Origin: Anaerolineales bacterium UBA3082
GTDB lineage: Bacteria > Chloroflexota > Anaerolineae > UBA7937
Length of the DNA: 62,841 bases
NCBI GenBank assembly: GCA_002366595.1
Contig: DFBK01000006.1
Coordinates: 1,429-64,269, forward strand
Direction of reading: 5' to 3'
In this document: piece after piece, positions 62,733-62,841 of the stretch
How positions within the stretch are numbered: position 1 is the first letter of the stretch
Layout of the letters: each line of letters opens with the position of its first letter
Translations under genes and position numbers: made by a program
The notes under the pieces: generated by a model
The model's database searches: none
Told to the model about the DNA's origin: nothing
The model's input: the letters and a program-made list of their open reading frames with translations, nothing else

Positions 62733-62841
62733 ATGTCGTTCTTCGAGAGAACTAAAGAAGGAGAAAACGCCGCGCCGGAAGGCGCGCCCTCCACCTTGGG
62801 GGAGCTGAGGGTGGCGAGGCGGCTTGCCAGGCCCGCTCGCG
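62733..62841 (+). CDS. 5' end of an unidentified gene running off the window
   Basis: ATG preceded by gagaggaggg. Encodes MSFFERTKEGENAAPEGAPSTLGELRVARRLARPAR... The fragment is too short to assign; a CpaF/TadA ATPase is one possibility, based on position only. Confidence 0.4.
   Translation, partial: MSFFERTKEGENAAPEGAPSTLGELRVARRLARPAR

Noticed and set aside
1-62841. Search for tRNA, rRNA, tmRNA and RNase P RNA signatures, for example GGTTCGAATCC-type T-arms and GAGGAAAGTCC.
   Set aside because: No convincing match was seen by eye on either strand. A covariance-model scan (tRNAscan-SE or Infernal) would be needed to exclude them formally.

Overview
62.8-kb chromosomal segment of a moderately GC-rich bacterium (mostly about 55-60% GC by eye). 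There are several clearly AT-richer accessory patches and one GC-richer patch at 34.7-38.6 kb. Gene content suggests a monoderm-like lineage such as Chloroflexota: a DnaD plus DnaC/DnaI-type loader, hrcA-grpE-dnaK-dnaJ with CIRCE, a secretin-less Tad locus, many GT-C/GT39 enzymes and ubiquitous Pro/Thr linkers. This assignment is inference only.

Layout:
- 0.2-4.1 kb: replication operon (bifunctional nuclease, dnaB, dnaD-like, and an unusual tandem-duplicated DnaC-like loader).
- 4.1-5.0 kb: duplication/insertion scar carrying an AT-rich mini-cassette.
- 5.0-9.4 kb: GT9 gene followed by an accessory array (HEPN-motif protein, SdpI-like, TspO), punctuated by four copies of a ~165-bp repeat.
- 10-21 kb, minus strand: rsmE, prmA and the hrcA-grpE-dnaK...dnaJ heat-shock operon. 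dnaK and dnaJ are separated by ~4.6 kb of co-oriented accessory DNA: two HicAB-type cassettes plus a two-gene module of unknown function. This DNA is delimited by repeated copies of the dnaJ 5' end.
- 21-41.6 kb: large envelope-glycan locus with a priming sugar transferase, two GT2s, a GH5-like hydrolase, five paralogous GT-C/GT39-like enzymes with repeated C-terminal modules, and Pro/Thr-rich secreted proteins.
- 41.7-44.8 kb: rplI, a radical SAM gene and a DUF3048 lipoprotein.
- 44.8-46.7 kb: AT-rich island with a small PD-(D/E)xK nuclease-like gene and a decapitated DNA methyltransferase.
- 46.9-49.1 kb: orphan PhnD-like binding protein followed by 1.3 kb of decayed DNA.
- 48.9-62.8 kb: c-di-GMP-I (GEMM-I-like) riboswitch, HD-GYP and GGDEF genes, and a Tad/Flp pilus locus that includes an untracked 51-aa Flp pilin.

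No rRNA gene, tRNA gene or bona fide CRISPR array was recognised. The best candidates for an undescribed system are the dnaK-dnaJ accretion island with its two-gene module (14938-17398), the HEPN-motif gene (6181-7479), and the GT-C/PT-protein glycosylation locus. All functional calls rest on motif recognition by eye; no database search was possible.
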